Notes: generated by a model not told the origin, from the letters alone. A stretch of 64,000 nucleotides of DNA from Streptosporangiaceae bacterium (GCA_035765195.1 DASTYC010000026.1:170684-234683); one strand, 5' to 3'. Shown: positions 19,213 to 29,781, counted from the first letter of the stretch. Numbers and translations are program-made.

Positions 19213-21257
19213 CGCTTGACCTCCGAACCGGCCGAGCTCTCCGGAGCGTCCGCGGCGCCGCCGGTACCACCCGTTGACGCCGCGGCGTCGGTCGTGGGGC
19301 GATCCGGTCCGTCGGCGGCGCGTTTCTCGCGTTTCTCGCGCTTCTTACGCTGTCTGCGCGCGTAGCCGGCGCCGGCGACGCCTTCGGGATGGATCCGCAG
19401 GGTGAGGATCAACGCCAGGCCGCCGACGAGCAGCGCCCAGTTGCCGGAGATCCCGAACCACTTCTCCAGCGCGTGCGGGAACAGCGCCTCGGTCGAGATC
19501 ATCCCGGCGAACACCGCGCCGGAGACCATGGTGATGCCGCCGATGTAGGCGAACGCGATCAGGCCGAGGGCCATCAGCGCGCTGAAGCGGGTGGCGCTGA
19601 CCGAGCCGAAGTTGTAGCCGTACAGCACTCCGGCGATTCCCGCGATGGCCGAGCTGAGCGCGAACGCGGTGAGCTTGACGTTGCGCACGTGCACGCCGGC
19701 CGCCGCGGCCGCGCGCTCGTTGGCGCGCACCGCGATCATGCGCCGGCCGAGGTTGGTGCGGCGCAGGTTCGCCACGAACAGGCCGACGGCGACCGTCACC
19801 ACGAGAACGACGAGGCCGAAGACCGGGCTCGGCGGATTGCCGTCGACCCCCTTGAACGAGGCGGTCGGCCCCAGGTCGAGGCCGAACAGGTGCGGCGCGG
19901 GCACCGGCGAGCCGCCCGAGCCGCCGCCCCACGTGGAGTTGACGAAGATGAACTGCTCCATCGCGACCGCGGCGGCCAGCGTCACCACGGCGAGGCTGAC
20001 CCCTCTGACCCGCAGCGCCGAGACCCCGGTGACGATGCCGAGCAAGGTCGCGACCGCCACCGCCACGATCGGGCCGAGCGGGAACCCGATGCCCGCGTCG
20101 GTGATCATGTGGGAGAGCACGAAGCCGGACACGCCGGACAGCGCGAGCTGCACCAGCGACAGCTGCCCCACGTACCCCGTGATCACGATGTACGACATCA
20201 GGATGATCGCGCCGATGAGCGCGTTGGTCAGCGCCTGGCGGAAGTCGTACGGGAAGACGATGAGCGCGGCCGCGCAGGCGACCGCCGCGAGCAGCGCGGT
20301 GCGCGTCAGCCGCTCGGGCACCGGCACGACCGGCAGCCGCTTTTCGATGAGCTCGCCGCGCCCGGGCAGGCGGGCGCCGCGCCAGAACATCGCGATGACG
20401 ATGATCACAAACACCAGCAGCTGCTGCATGCCCGGCAGCGCGACCCCGTGGTCGGTCGGGAACCAGCTCTGCGTGGACGCGTAGTACATCAGCGACTGCG
20501 CGATCCCGATGAGCAACCCGGCCGCGCACGCGATGCCGAACGAGGTGAAGCGGGCGAACAGCGCCGCCGCCAGCGCCGGCACGATCTGCAGCGGCAGCGT
20601 CGTGGAGTCGAGCTGGATCAGCGGCGCGGCGAGCACGCCGAGCAGCCCGGCGACGAGGCTGGCCAGCACCGTGTTGCTCATCGACAGCAGGTTGGGCGAC
20701 AGCCCGGCCAGCATCGCCGCGCTCTCGTTCTCCGCCGCCGCCCTGGTGGCCAGCCCGAAGCGACTCCACCGGTACGCGGCGGCCAGCACCAGCGCGATGA
20801 CGACGACGAGGCCGGCCAGGATGAACCTGTTCACCGGCACGGTGGCGCCGAGCACGGCGACCGTGCTGTCCGGCAGGACCGACGGCTCGGGTTTGGCGTT
20901 CGTGCCGAACCCGAGCACCATCGCCGCCTGCGCGGTCAGCAGCACGCCGAGCGAGGCGGCCAGCTTCGCCAGCGGCGAGGCGGTGCGCAGCGGCCGGAAC
21001 GCCAGCACCTCGGTCAGCACCCCGACCAGCACGGCGACGAGCAGCGCGATCGCCATCGCCGGGGCCGACCCGAGCCGGAAGTGGAAAAAGCCGGTCTTGA
21101 GCGCCCAGAAGGCGTAGCCCGCCACCATCGCCACCGCGCCGGTGGCGAGGTTGATGATCCCCGACCCGCGATAGGTCAACACCACGCCGAGCGCGATGCC
21201 GGCGATCAGCGCCCCGGTGCCGAGACCGAGCAGCGCGAAGAGCAGAACCACGTCCAT
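19209..21257 (-). CDS. fused LivH/LivM-type branched-chain amino acid ABC permease with a basic C-terminal tail
   Basis: 682 aa, polytopic hydrophobic sequence with two permease modules. It overlaps the LivG-like start. Confidence 0.8.
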   Translation of the reverse strand: MDVVLLFALLGLGTGALIAGIALGVVLTYRGSGIINLATGAVAMVAGYAFWALKTGFFHFRLGSAPAMAIALLVAVLVGVLTEVLAFRPLRTASPLAKLAASLGVLLTAQAAMVLGFGTNAKPEPSVLPDSTVAVLGATVPVNRFILAGLVVVIALVLAAAYRWSRFGLATRAAAENESAAMLAGLSPNLLSMSNTVLASLVAGLLGVLAAPLIQLDSTTLPLQIVPALAAALFARFTSFGIACAAGLLIGIAQSLMYYASTQSWFPTDHGVALPGMQQLLVFVIIVIAMFWRGARLPGRGELIEKRLPVVPVPERLTRTALLAAVACAAALIVFPYDFRQALTNALIGAIILMSYIVITGYVGQLSLVQLALSGVSGFVLSHMITDAGIGFPLGPIVAVAVATLLGIVTGVSALRVRGVSLAVVTLAAAVAMEQFIFVNSTWGGGSGGSPVPAPHLFGLDLGPTASFKGVDGNPPSPVFGLVVLVVTVAVGLFVANLRRTNLGRRMIAVRANERAAAAAGVHVRNVKLTAFALSSAIAGIAGVLYGYNFGSVSATRFSALMALGLIAFAYIGGITMVSGAVFAGMISTEALFPHALEKWFGISGNWALLVGGLALILTLRIHPEGVAGAGYARRQRKKREKREKRAADGPDRPTTDAAASTGGTGGAADAPESSAGSEVKR

Positions 21258-21314
21258 CGGGGTCTCCGTTCACTCGCCGGTCGAGTCACCCACCGGGCCG
21301 CGTCCTCTCCCCTT

Positions 21315-22643
21315 TCACCTGGGCGGCGTCAGCCAGTTCGAGACCTGCTGGAACTTGCCTTTGCCGAGGTACTTATAGAAGGTCGTCTGGTCGTTGCAGA
21401 CCGCGGGGGCGTCGGGGTACTTGCCGCACGACACCGACGGCGCGCCCATGATCAGCGGGCCTTTGAAGGCCTTGAGCTGGGCGCTCATCGCCTCGGGCGT
21501 GATCTTGTCCGCGCCGACCTTGTTCATCAGCTTAACGGTGGTGAGCACGGAGTCCCAGCCGAGCGCCGCGTAGGGGTTGGCGGTGTCGGCGGGCTTGAGC
21601 CCGTACTTGGTGGACGTGCCGACGTAGGCCTTGGCGTCGGGCTGCGTGGCGTCGCCGGGCAGGATCTGCGCGATGCCGAACACCCAGCCCACCGGCAGGT
21701 CGCCCAGGCCCTGGGCCACCTGAGGAGACAGGCACAGCGGGTTGGAGACGACCGGCTTGTCGCTCGCGATCTGCTTGAGCGCCTTGGCGAGGTTGACGCA
21801 GCCTGCCGCGTCGGTCATCGGCACCACGACGTCGGCCTCCTGCCCGCCCGCCGCGGTGAGCGGCCCGAGCAGGTCGGTGGCGTTGGTGTCGTATCCGACC
21901 GACTTCACCTTGACCCCGGCGTCCTCGAGGCCCTTCTTCGCCGCGGCGGCCGCGCTGTTGGCGCCCGCCTGGCTGGGGAAGACGACCGCCGCGGTCTTGG
22001 CGCGCACGAAGTCACGTGCGTACGTGCCCCAGGGCGCGAGCACGTGCGTCTGGTCGCCGTAGAGGATGTAGGTGTTCTTGGCCGTCGAGTCGGCGGGCGC
22101 CGCGGAGACCCCCACCATGATCGGCTTCTTGCCGGCCACGGTGGCCTCTAGAGACTGGTTGCCGGTGACGACGGCGCCGTAGTCGATGATCGAGACCGAC
22201 TTGTCGTTGAGGAGCTGCTGGCCGCACTTTTGGCCCTCCTCCTCGGCGGAGGCGATGAAACACGTCTTCAACGTCACCGGGTGGCCGTCGACGCCGCCGA
22301 GCTCGGCGTTGACGTACTTCACCGCGGCCTGGGCACCCAGCGTGGCCTCGGGGATCTGGTTCTGCCCGCCCTGGGAGTTCACCCAGCCGATCGCGATCGG
22401 GGACTTGCCGGAGTCGGCCGCGCCGGACGTGCCGCCGACGTAGGCGAGGTAGTCGGTGATGGGGGTGTCTTGCCGCTTGACCGGGGGCTGCGCCGCCGCC
22501 GGCGGGGCGCTGCCCTGCGTGCCGCCGGAGGGCTTGGCGGAGTCGTCGCCCCCGCCGCAGCCGGCGGCGACCAGGATCGCCGCCGCCGCGACGGCCAGGG
22601 CGACCCTCGGCCGCGCGAGTTCAGCGTTCGTTCGGTACGTCAT
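21315..22643 (-). CDS. ABC transporter substrate-binding lipoprotein (LivK/LivJ family)
   Basis: Start MTYRTNAELARPRV with a lipobox LVAAGC, then periplasmic binding protein type I pattern. Confidence 0.85.
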   Translation of the reverse strand: MTYRTNAELARPRVALAVAAAAILVAAGCGGGDDSAKPSGGTQGSAPPAAAQPPVKRQDTPITDYLAYVGGTSGAADSGKSPIAIGWVNSQGGQNQIPEATLGAQAAVKYVNAELGGVDGHPVTLKTCFIASAEEEGQKCGQQLLNDKSVSIIDYGAVVTGNQSLEATVAGKKPIMVGVSAAPADSTAKNTYILYGDQTHVLAPWGTYARDFVRAKTAAVVFPSQAGANSAAAAAKKGLEDAGVKVKSVGYDTNATDLLGPLTAAGGQEADVVVPMTDAAGCVNLAKALKQIASDKPVVSNPLCLSPQVAQGLGDLPVGWVFGIAQILPGDATQPDAKAYVGTSTKYGLKPADTANPYAALGWDSVLTTVKLMNKVGADKITPEAMSAQLKAFKGPLIMGAPSVSCGKYPDAPAVCNDQTTFYKYLGKGKFQQVSNWLTPPR

Positions 22644-22951
22644 TGTTCTTGGACCTCCGCCAACAGCGGGCAGGGTGTGCCCGGCCACGAGTCCGCACGG
22701 TCCGCGATGGCCGATCGCGCCCCGCGGCGGGTCACCCGCCGCACCGGCCGCGGGGCCGGGCGGCGGGCGGACACGCGAAAATCCGCATGCGTCGCGGCGG
22801 GACGTCCCGGCCGCGAACCACCCTTCGCCGGCACGTCCCGATACGTGACAAATGTTAAGTCGCTCGTACCTGTATTCATGATGGATATGTGCATCCGCGG
22901 GTGTCCGCACGAGGCGGCGACACCGGCTTGATCGCTATTGCTGGCGGAATG

Positions 22952-24073
22952 CTATCCCCAGACTTCCTGCGCGGTCTCGACGATGAGCTGAAGCTTCGCC
23001 ATCTGGTCGTCGTAGGTCAGCTTGTTGCCCTCCACGGTGGAGGAGAAGCCGCACTGCGGCGACAGGCACAGCTGCTCGATGTCGACGAACCGGGCGGCGT
23101 CCTCGATGCGGCGCTTGAGGTCGTCCTTGCTCTCGAGCTCGCCGCGCTTGGTGGTCACCAGGCCGAGCACGACCTGCTTGCCCTTCGGCACGAACCGCAG
23201 CGGCTCGAAGCCGCCGGAGCGCTCGTCGTCCCACTCGCAGAAGAAGCCGTCGACGGCCAGTTCGCCGAACAGCGCCTCGGCCACGAAGTCGTAGCCGCCG
23301 GCGGCCACCCACGACGACTGGAAGTTGCCGCGGCACATGTGCGTGGTGACGGCCAGGTCGGCGGGCTTGCCGGCCAGCGCCGCGTTGATCTCCTTGATGT
23401 AGCGCAGGTGGAGGTGGTCGGCGTCGTTGCCGCGCTCGGCCATCAGCCGGCGCTGGTCGGGGTCGTTGAGGTAGGCCAGGCTCGTGTCGTCGAACTGGAG
23501 GTACCGGCAGCCGAGGTCGTAGACCCGGCGGACCTGCTCGGCGTAGGCGGCGGCGAGGTCGCTCCAGAACTCCTCGACGTCGGGGTAGACGCTGGGATCG
23601 ATGAACGCCGCCCCGCCGCGGTAGTGGACCATGTTCGGCGACGGGATCGTGAGCTTGGGCGTGGCGGTGGTCGTCACGTCCTTCAGGAACGCGAAGTGGT
23701 CGCCGAAGATCGTGTCGTTGAGGCGGACCTTGTCGTTCACCTTGAGGGCCGCGCTCTTGAAGTCGAGGTCGCCGTCCGCGTTGTGGAAGTGGACCTCGAG
23801 CTCCTCGTCGGCGGCCGAGCTGATGCCGCCGAGCTGGTAGATGAAGTCCATGTGCCAGGTGGCGCGGCGGAACTCGCCGTCGGTGGCCGACTGCAGGCCC
23901 GCGCTCTCCTGTGCCTTCACCACCTCGCGGATCGCGTCGTCCTCGACGGCGCGGAGGTCCTCGGCCTTGATGCGGCCGGCGGCGAAGTCGTCCCGCGCCT
24001 GGTGCAGCCGCTGGGGCCGCAGCAGGCTGCCGACGTGGTCGGCGCGGAACGGCGGAGCGGTACGGGGTGCCAT
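22952..24073 (-). CDS. second short (core) MetE-like homocysteine methyltransferase paralogue
   Basis: 373 aa with Zn ligand motifs THMCRGN, FFCEWDDE and LSPQCGF. RBS AGGAGAGATAGCC before the ATG. Confidence 0.8.
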   Translation of the reverse strand: MAPRTAPPFRADHVGSLLRPQRLHQARDDFAAGRIKAEDLRAVEDDAIREVVKAQESAGLQSATDGEFRRATWHMDFIYQLGGISSAADEELEVHFHNADGDLDFKSAALKVNDKVRLNDTIFGDHFAFLKDVTTTATPKLTIPSPNMVHYRGGAAFIDPSVYPDVEEFWSDLAAAYAEQVRRVYDLGCRYLQFDDTSLAYLNDPDQRRLMAERGNDADHLHLRYIKEINAALAGKPADLAVTTHMCRGNFQSSWVAAGGYDFVAEALFGELAVDGFFCEWDDERSGGFEPLRFVPKGKQVVLGLVTTKRGELESKDDLKRRIEDAARFVDIEQLCLSPQCGFSSTVEGNKLTYDDQMAKLQLIVETAQEVWG

Positions 24074-24139
24074 GGCTATCTCTCCTATCGTGAATGTCTG
24101 ACGCTATCGGTAGTCGTCGTGGTTATCGAGATTGATCCC

Positions 24140-24161
24140 TACGTGCACGTATCTCCACGTA
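24140..24161. promoter_or_regulatory. perfect 12-bp palindrome TACGTGCACGTA followed by a third CACGTA half-site, in the leader of the second core-MetE gene
   Basis: Read directly from the sequence. It lies in a locally AT-richer intergenic region between the NifU-like gene and the MetE-like gene. Confidence 0.45.
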
Positions 24162-24173
24162 AATATCCGGTTC

Positions 24174-24398
24174 TCACGATGCCTCGACCGGGTAGGTCAG
24201 GTCGATGGAGTCCTCGGCGACGCCGAGCGCCTGGCCGAGGATGCCGCGCATCAGCGGCTTGGGCACCAGGCAGTCCTCGCACGCCTCGGGGGTCGCCGAG
24301 ATCTTGACGTCGACGCGCCCGCCGTCCTCTCGGACGTCCATCACATAGCCATCGGCCTCGAGCGACGCCTGGATCGCCTGCAGTCCTTCGGTTTTCAT
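24174..24398 (-). CDS. NifU-like (Nfu-type) Fe-S cluster scaffold domain protein
   Basis: 74 aa with a CxxC pattern (PEACEDC) and NifU C-terminal-domain-like sequence. Confidence 0.65.
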   Translation of the reverse strand: MKTEGLQAIQASLEADGYVMDVREDGGRVDVKISATPEACEDCLVPKPLMRGILGQALGVAEDSIDLTYPVEAS

Positions 24399-24450
24399 CG
24401 CCGGCTCCCTTTCGTCGTTGGCCGTACGCCGGGCTCACTTGTCGTTGGGC

Positions 24451-25572
24451 CTACCTTCCATCGTGCTCATGGACGAGGAGGCCGCGAACGTTCTTTCCGT
24501 CGAGCATGTCGCGGAAGCCGTCGTTGATCTGGTCCAGGGCGTAGCGCCGGGTGATCAGCTCACGCAGCTTGAGGTGGCCGGACCGGTAGAGGCCGATCAG
24601 CCGCGGGATCTCATAGAGCGGGTTCACCGAGCCCATCAGCGCGCCCTTGATCGTGCGCTGCGGGCCGATCAGCGGGCCGGGAGACATGTCCATGCGCATC
24701 TCCGCGAAGTTGCCCACCGAGGTGAGCATGACCACGCCGCCCTTCCCGATGATGTCCGTGGCCTGCTTGATGACCTCGCCGGTCAGCGCCCCGACCGTGA
24801 CGACGGCCTGATCGGCCAGGCGTCCGTCGGTGAGCTCGGCGACCAGTTCCTGGGCCCGCGCCGCGTCGGCAGCCGTGTGCGTCGCCCCCAACTCCAGCGC
24901 CTTCTCGCGCTTGAACTCGACGGGGTCGACCGCCACCACGTACCGCGCGCCCGCGAGACGGGCGCCCTGCACGGCGTTCATGCCGACGCCGCCGGTGCCG
25001 AAGATCACCGTCGTGTCGCCGGCCTGGACGCCGGCCGCGCGCACCGCCGAGCCCCAGCCGGTGGGCACGCCGCAGCCGAGCAGCGCGGCGAGGTCCAGCG
25101 GCATCTCGGGGTCGATCTTTACGCAGGACCACTCGCTCACCACGGCGAACTGCGAGAACGTGCCGAGGACGCACATCCCGCCGAGGTCCTCGCCGCCGGC
25201 GTGGAAGCGGAACGTTTCGTCGGACATGCAGCCGACCGAGAGGTTCAGGCCGCATTCGCACATGCCCTGACGCCCGGTCGAGCAGTAGTGGCACGTGCCG
25301 CAGACCGGGACGAAGGAGCAGACGACGTGGTCGCCCGGGGCGACCCTGGTGACGCCGGCGCCGACGTCCTCGACGATGCCGGCGCCTTCGTGCCCGCCGA
25401 CCAGAGGCGTCCTGATCGGCGCCTCGCCCGCGCGGATGTGTTCGTCGGAATGGCACAGGCCGGCCGCCACGAAGCGGATCAGGACCTCGCCGTCCTTCGG
25501 CGGATCGAGGTCGAGTTCCGCGATCTCCCAGGCAGAACCGGGCTTACGGAGGATCGCCGCCTGAGTTTTCAC
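24451..25572 (-). CDS. zinc-dependent alcohol dehydrogenase (class III / NDMA-dependent-like)
   Basis: GLCHSDEH catalytic Zn motif, structural Zn cysteines (CGTCHYCSTGRQGMC) and GTGGVG NAD(P) motif. Confidence 0.9.
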   Translation of the reverse strand: MKTQAAILRKPGSAWEIAELDLDPPKDGEVLIRFVAAGLCHSDEHIRAGEAPIRTPLVGGHEGAGIVEDVGAGVTRVAPGDHVVCSFVPVCGTCHYCSTGRQGMCECGLNLSVGCMSDETFRFHAGGEDLGGMCVLGTFSQFAVVSEWSCVKIDPEMPLDLAALLGCGVPTGWGSAVRAAGVQAGDTTVIFGTGGVGMNAVQGARLAGARYVVAVDPVEFKREKALELGATHTAADAARAQELVAELTDGRLADQAVVTVGALTGEVIKQATDIIGKGGVVMLTSVGNFAEMRMDMSPGPLIGPQRTIKGALMGSVNPLYEIPRLIGLYRSGHLKLRELITRRYALDQINDGFRDMLDGKNVRGLLVHEHDGR

Positions 25573-25677
25573 TGGCTATCAGCCTCCACGCACTCGTCGG
25601 CACCATCTCATGCGACACTACGCTTGACATGAGACCGGGGGCTAGGTGTTGATATTGAGTGACGCCTGTCGCGCATA

Positions 25678-27270
25678 ATGTCATATATTCGTCCGGCCGT
25701 GAGAGGCGAGGCCTCTTGGGCCTCACCTCCGGTGGTGGAAGTGAACTGGGACTACGTGATCGTCGGCGCCGGCTCGGCCGGCGCCGTGCTCGCCGCCAGA
25801 CTGTCCGAAGACCCAGCGGTACGCGTCCTTCTGCTCGAGGCGGGGCCGGACTTCCGCACCGCCGAGACGCCCAAGGCCTTCCAGCGCCGCAACATCGACA
25901 TGACGGTGGAGACCAACCCGGACTTCTTCTGGCCCGCGCTCAAGGCGCAGCGCAACCCGGCACAGGAGCCCATGCTCTACCTGCGCGGCCGCGGGCTCGG
26001 CGGCAGCTCCACGGTCAACGGGCTGTGCGCGATCCGCGGAATACCCGACGACTTCGACGAATGGGCGCGGCGGGGCGCCGACGGGTGGTCGTTCCAGGAC
26101 GTGCTGCCGTCCTTCATCAAGCTCGAAGACGAACACGACTTCCCCGACGCCCCCTATCACGGCACCGGCGGCCCGGTCCCGATCTACCGTGAGCCCGAGT
26201 CCGGCTGGGCCGGCACCGACACCGCCTTCCGCGACGCGGTGCTCGACCTCGGCCATCCGTGGGCCGACGACCACAACGCCCCGGACGCGACCGGCGCCTG
26301 CCCGTTCGCGATGAACATCAAGGACGGCTGGCGGGTCTCGACCAACGACGGCTACCTGGAGCCGGCCCGCGGCCGGCCCAACCTCACCATCCGCGGCGAC
26401 ACGCACGTGGACAGCATCGTCATGTCCGGCACCCGGGCCCGCGGCGTACGGCTGCTCACCGGCGAGGTCGAGGAGACCGCCGCGGACGGCGAGGTGATCG
26501 TCGCCTGCGGGGCGGCGCACTCCCCCGCGCTGTTGATGCGCTCGGGGATCGGCCCGGCCGCCGCGCTCGCCGAGCACGGCATCGACGTCGTCGCCGACCT
26601 CCCCGTGGGGCAGGGCCTGCAGGACCACGCCATGCTCCTGGTCCCGGTGCCGGTGAAGGAGGACGCCTGCCACGGCTTCGAGGATCGGGTCACCTATGTC
26701 GTCCTGCGCTACTCCTCCGGGCTCGGCGGCGCGGGCGCCAACGACATGATGCTGCTGCCCAACAACGCCGGGGGGCGGACCGTCGCCGGCAACCGCGATA
26801 CCGGCGCGGTCCGCGTGCCCGCCATGATGATCGCGCAGCAGGAGCAGGTCTTCTCGCGCGGCCAGGTCACACTCGTCTCCCGCGACCCGACCGTCGACCC
26901 GCTGATCGAACAACGCCTGCTGACCGACAAGCGCGACCTGGTCCGGATGGAAGACGCCGTCGACCGCCTCGCCGAGATCATGAACCACCGCGCGATGCGG
27001 GCGATCCTCGACGGAACGCCTGAGCTGCCCGCCAAGGAAGACCTGCCCCAGATCATCACCGACACGGTGCACCTGTGCGGGTCCTGCCGCATGGGCTCGC
27101 CGGACGACGACACGGTCGTGGTCGACCCGGACTGCCGCGTCCTCGGCATCGAAGGGCTGCGGGTGATCGACGCCTCGATCATGCCGACCATCCCGCGGGC
27201 CAACCTGCACCTGTCGGTGGTCATGATCGCCGAGCACATGGCCACCCGGATGACAAGGGGAGAATCATGA
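25678..27270 (+). CDS. GMC family oxidoreductase (choline dehydrogenase-like flavoprotein)
   Basis: N-terminal FAD motif DYVIVGAGSAGAVLAARLSED. A true start at the GTG near 25744 is possible. Confidence 0.85.
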   Translation: MSYIRPAVRGEASWASPPVVEVNWDYVIVGAGSAGAVLAARLSEDPAVRVLLLEAGPDFRTAETPKAFQRRNIDMTVETNPDFFWPALKAQRNPAQEPMLYLRGRGLGGSSTVNGLCAIRGIPDDFDEWARRGADGWSFQDVLPSFIKLEDEHDFPDAPYHGTGGPVPIYREPESGWAGTDTAFRDAVLDLGHPWADDHNAPDATGACPFAMNIKDGWRVSTNDGYLEPARGRPNLTIRGDTHVDSIVMSGTRARGVRLLTGEVEETAADGEVIVACGAAHSPALLMRSGIGPAAALAEHGIDVVADLPVGQGLQDHAMLLVPVPVKEDACHGFEDRVTYVVLRYSSGLGGAGANDMMLLPNNAGGRTVAGNRDTGAVRVPAMMIAQQEQVFSRGQVTLVSRDPTVDPLIEQRLLTDKRDLVRMEDAVDRLAEIMNHRAMRAILDGTPELPAKEDLPQIITDTVHLCGSCRMGSPDDDTVVVDPDCRVLGIEGLRVIDASIMPTIPRANLHLSVVMIAEHMATRMTRGES

Positions 27271-28742
27271 CGGCCACCGCCACACGTGACCTCGACGTCG
27301 GCGCCCTCGTCCCCGAGGGGAGGCACCACATCGGCGGTGAGTGGGTCGCGGGACGCGGCGGCGAGACGATCGACGTCATCAACCCGGCCACGCAGGACGT
27401 CCTGCTGCGCGTGCCGCGCGGCACTCCCGATGACGTCGACGTGGCCGTCCAGGCCGCTGCCGACGCGTTCCCGGCCTGGCGCGACACCAACCCGATGGAA
27501 CGGGCCGACCTGCTGCATCGCTGGGCCGAGCTGATCGGCGAGCACCAGCGGGAACTCGACCTCATCGAGCGGATGGAGGTCGGGCGGCCGTTCTGGGGTC
27601 CGTCCCGGCTGCCCCGGATGATCGTCTACCTGGCCGGCGTGGTGGACAAGATCACGGGCAAGACGCTGCCGACGGCGCGGCCCGGGCTGCTCGGCATGAC
27701 GCTGCGCGAGCCGTACGGCGTCGTGGGCAGCATCGTCCCGTGGAACTCCCCCGCCCACCTGATGGCACATGACGTGGCCCCGGCCATCGGCGCGGGCAAC
27801 ACGATCGTCGTCAAACCGGCCGAGGACGCCCCGCTCGCCTGCCTGTTCTTGGCGAAGCTGGCGGCCGAGGCCGGCATCCCGCCGGGCGTCGTCAACGTCG
27901 TGACCGGGTACGGCGGCGAGGCGGGCGCGGCGCTGCCGTCGCACCCGCAGGTGCGGCGGATGAGCTTCACCGGCTCGCCGGAGACCGGCACGAAGATCAT
28001 GGAGGCGTGCGCGAAGCACCACGTCCCGCTGCACCTCGAGCTCGGCGGCAAGTCGCCGCAGATCGTGCTCCGCGACGCCGACCTGGCCAAGGCCGTGCCC
28101 GCGATCGTGCGCAGCATCACGCTCAACACGGGCCAGGTGTGCGCGGCAGGCTCGCGGCTGCTCGCCCCGCCCGAGCTGCGCGACCAGCTCGTCGGCGCGA
28201 TCAGCGACGCGTTCGCCAAGGTGCGCATCGGCCCCTGGTACGAAGACGTGCAGATGGGGCCGTTGATCAGCGCGAAGCAGGAACAGCGGGTGCTCGGCTA
28301 CCTCGACATCGGCCGCGAGGAGGGCGCCGAGATCGTCACCGGCGGGCACAAGCTGTCCGGCGACCGGTTCGACAAGGGCTTCTTCGTGGAGCCGACGATC
28401 TTCGACCGGGTCCACCCGGAGATGCGCATCGCGCAGGAGGAGATCTTCGGCCCCGTGCTGTCCGTCATCGACTACACCGACGAGGACGAGGCGCTGGCCA
28501 TCGCCAACGGCACCAAGTACGGCCTGACCGCGTCGGTGTGGACCGGCGACATGGGCCGCGCCGTACGGTTCGCCAAGAACGTCCAGGCCGGGCACGTCTA
28601 CGTCAACACGCCGGGCGCGTTCGGCGTGATCGGCGCGCCGTGGGGCGGCATCAAGGGCAGCGGCTTCGGGCGGACCATGGGGGCGGACATCGTCGAGCAG
28701 TACACGCAGGAGAAGACGGTCGTCATCGACGGCGACGCCTAG
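27267..28742 (+). CDS. NAD(P)-dependent aldehyde dehydrogenase
   Basis: 491 aa. The ATGA overlap with the GMC gene stop gives the start. ELGGKSP and the catalytic Cys region GQVCAAGSR are present. Confidence 0.9.
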   Translation: MTATATRDLDVGALVPEGRHHIGGEWVAGRGGETIDVINPATQDVLLRVPRGTPDDVDVAVQAAADAFPAWRDTNPMERADLLHRWAELIGEHQRELDLIERMEVGRPFWGPSRLPRMIVYLAGVVDKITGKTLPTARPGLLGMTLREPYGVVGSIVPWNSPAHLMAHDVAPAIGAGNTIVVKPAEDAPLACLFLAKLAAEAGIPPGVVNVVTGYGGEAGAALPSHPQVRRMSFTGSPETGTKIMEACAKHHVPLHLELGGKSPQIVLRDADLAKAVPAIVRSITLNTGQVCAAGSRLLAPPELRDQLVGAISDAFAKVRIGPWYEDVQMGPLISAKQEQRVLGYLDIGREEGAEIVTGGHKLSGDRFDKGFFVEPTIFDRVHPEMRIAQEEIFGPVLSVIDYTDEDEALAIANGTKYGLTASVWTGDMGRAVRFAKNVQAGHVYVNTPGAFGVIGAPWGGIKGSGFGRTMGADIVEQYTQEKTVVIDGDA

Positions 28743-28764
28743 AGACGCCCAGAGAGGCCGGCCC

Positions 28765-29781
28765 ATGCTGATCGACATGCACGCGCACGTCATCCCCGGC
28801 GACTTCCCCGAGGCGGCGGAGGAGGGCTGGCCGCGGGTCGGCCCCCTCACCCCGGACGGCACCCGGCTCTTCGAGACGGGGCCGGTCCGCTACCCGGCCA
28901 AGGACGTCTGGTTCGAGGCCGAACGCCGCATCGCCGCGATGGACGCGTGCGGCGTGGACGCCGAGGTCGTCTCGCCCTTCCCGCCGCTGCTCAACTACAC
29001 GCTGCCCGCCAAGAGCGCCCGCGATCTGTGCCGCCACATCAACGAGTCGATCGCCGCGCTCCGCCACGCCGACCCGCGCCGCATCTTCGGATTCGGCACG
29101 GTGCCGCTGCAAGATCCCGACCTCGCGGCCGAAGAGCTCGCCGAGATCAAGGCGATGGGCCTGCAGGGCGTCGAGATCGGCTCCAACATCGACGGCGTCT
29201 CGCTCGGCGACGAACGCCTCCTCGGCTTCTTCTCCGAGGCGGAGCGGCTGCGGATCCCCATCTTCGTGCACGCGCTCAACCCGACGTTCGCCGAGCGGCT
29301 GCCGGCCGCCGCGTTCCCGACCTTCGGCTTCGCCACCGACATCGCGCTGGCCGCCGCCTCGATCACCACGGGCGGCACGGCGGAGAAGCTCCCGAACCTG
29401 CTCCTGGCCTTCAGCCACGGCGCGGGCGGCTTCCCCCTCATGCTCACCCGCGCCGAGTTCTTCTGGCGCGGCACGTGGGACGAGCAGCCACCGCCGGACG
29501 GCAAGCCCGCGGGCCCGAGCCACGCCGCGCTCCCCCGTTCGCCGTCGGAGTACGCCCGCCGCTTCTACTACGAGACGATGATCTTCGACCGGCGGGCGAT
29601 GCGGTACCTCGTCGACATGATCGGCCCGCAGCGCCTGCTCATCGGCACCGACTTCCCCGCCATCTCCCGCGAACAGCCGGCCGGCAAGACCATGCGCGCC
29701 CTCGACCTGCCCGCCGCCGACCTCGAGGACATCACCTGGCACAACGCCTGGCGCTTCCTGGCCATCGATCCGCCGGCCTAG
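28765..29781 (+). CDS. amidohydrolase-2 family protein (ACMSD-like decarboxylase/hydrolase)
   Basis: MLIDMHAHVIP N-terminal metal-binding motif and TIM-barrel amidohydrolase pattern. Confidence 0.8.
   Translation: MLIDMHAHVIPGDFPEAAEEGWPRVGPLTPDGTRLFETGPVRYPAKDVWFEAERRIAAMDACGVDAEVVSPFPPLLNYTLPAKSARDLCRHINESIAALRHADPRRIFGFGTVPLQDPDLAAEELAEIKAMGLQGVEIGSNIDGVSLGDERLLGFFSEAERLRIPIFVHALNPTFAERLPAAAFPTFGFATDIALAAASITTGGTAEKLPNLLLAFSHGAGGFPLMLTRAEFFWRGTWDEQPPPDGKPAGPSHAALPRSPSEYARRFYYETMIFDRRAMRYLVDMIGPQRLLIGTDFPAISREQPAGKTMRALDLPAADLEDITWHNAWRFLAIDPPA

Noticed and set aside
19345-22151. 642-aa minus and 920-aa plus ORFs across the liv permease region
   Set aside because: Alternative frames or antisense of the LivHM permease. 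Extreme R/G/D/H composition with no domains, while the annotated frame encodes a coherent polytopic permease.
17603-22643. ABC transporter next to LanKC as the lanthipeptide exporter
   Set aside because: It is a LivFGHMK-type importer with a periplasmic binding lipoprotein, not a LanT or ABC exporter.
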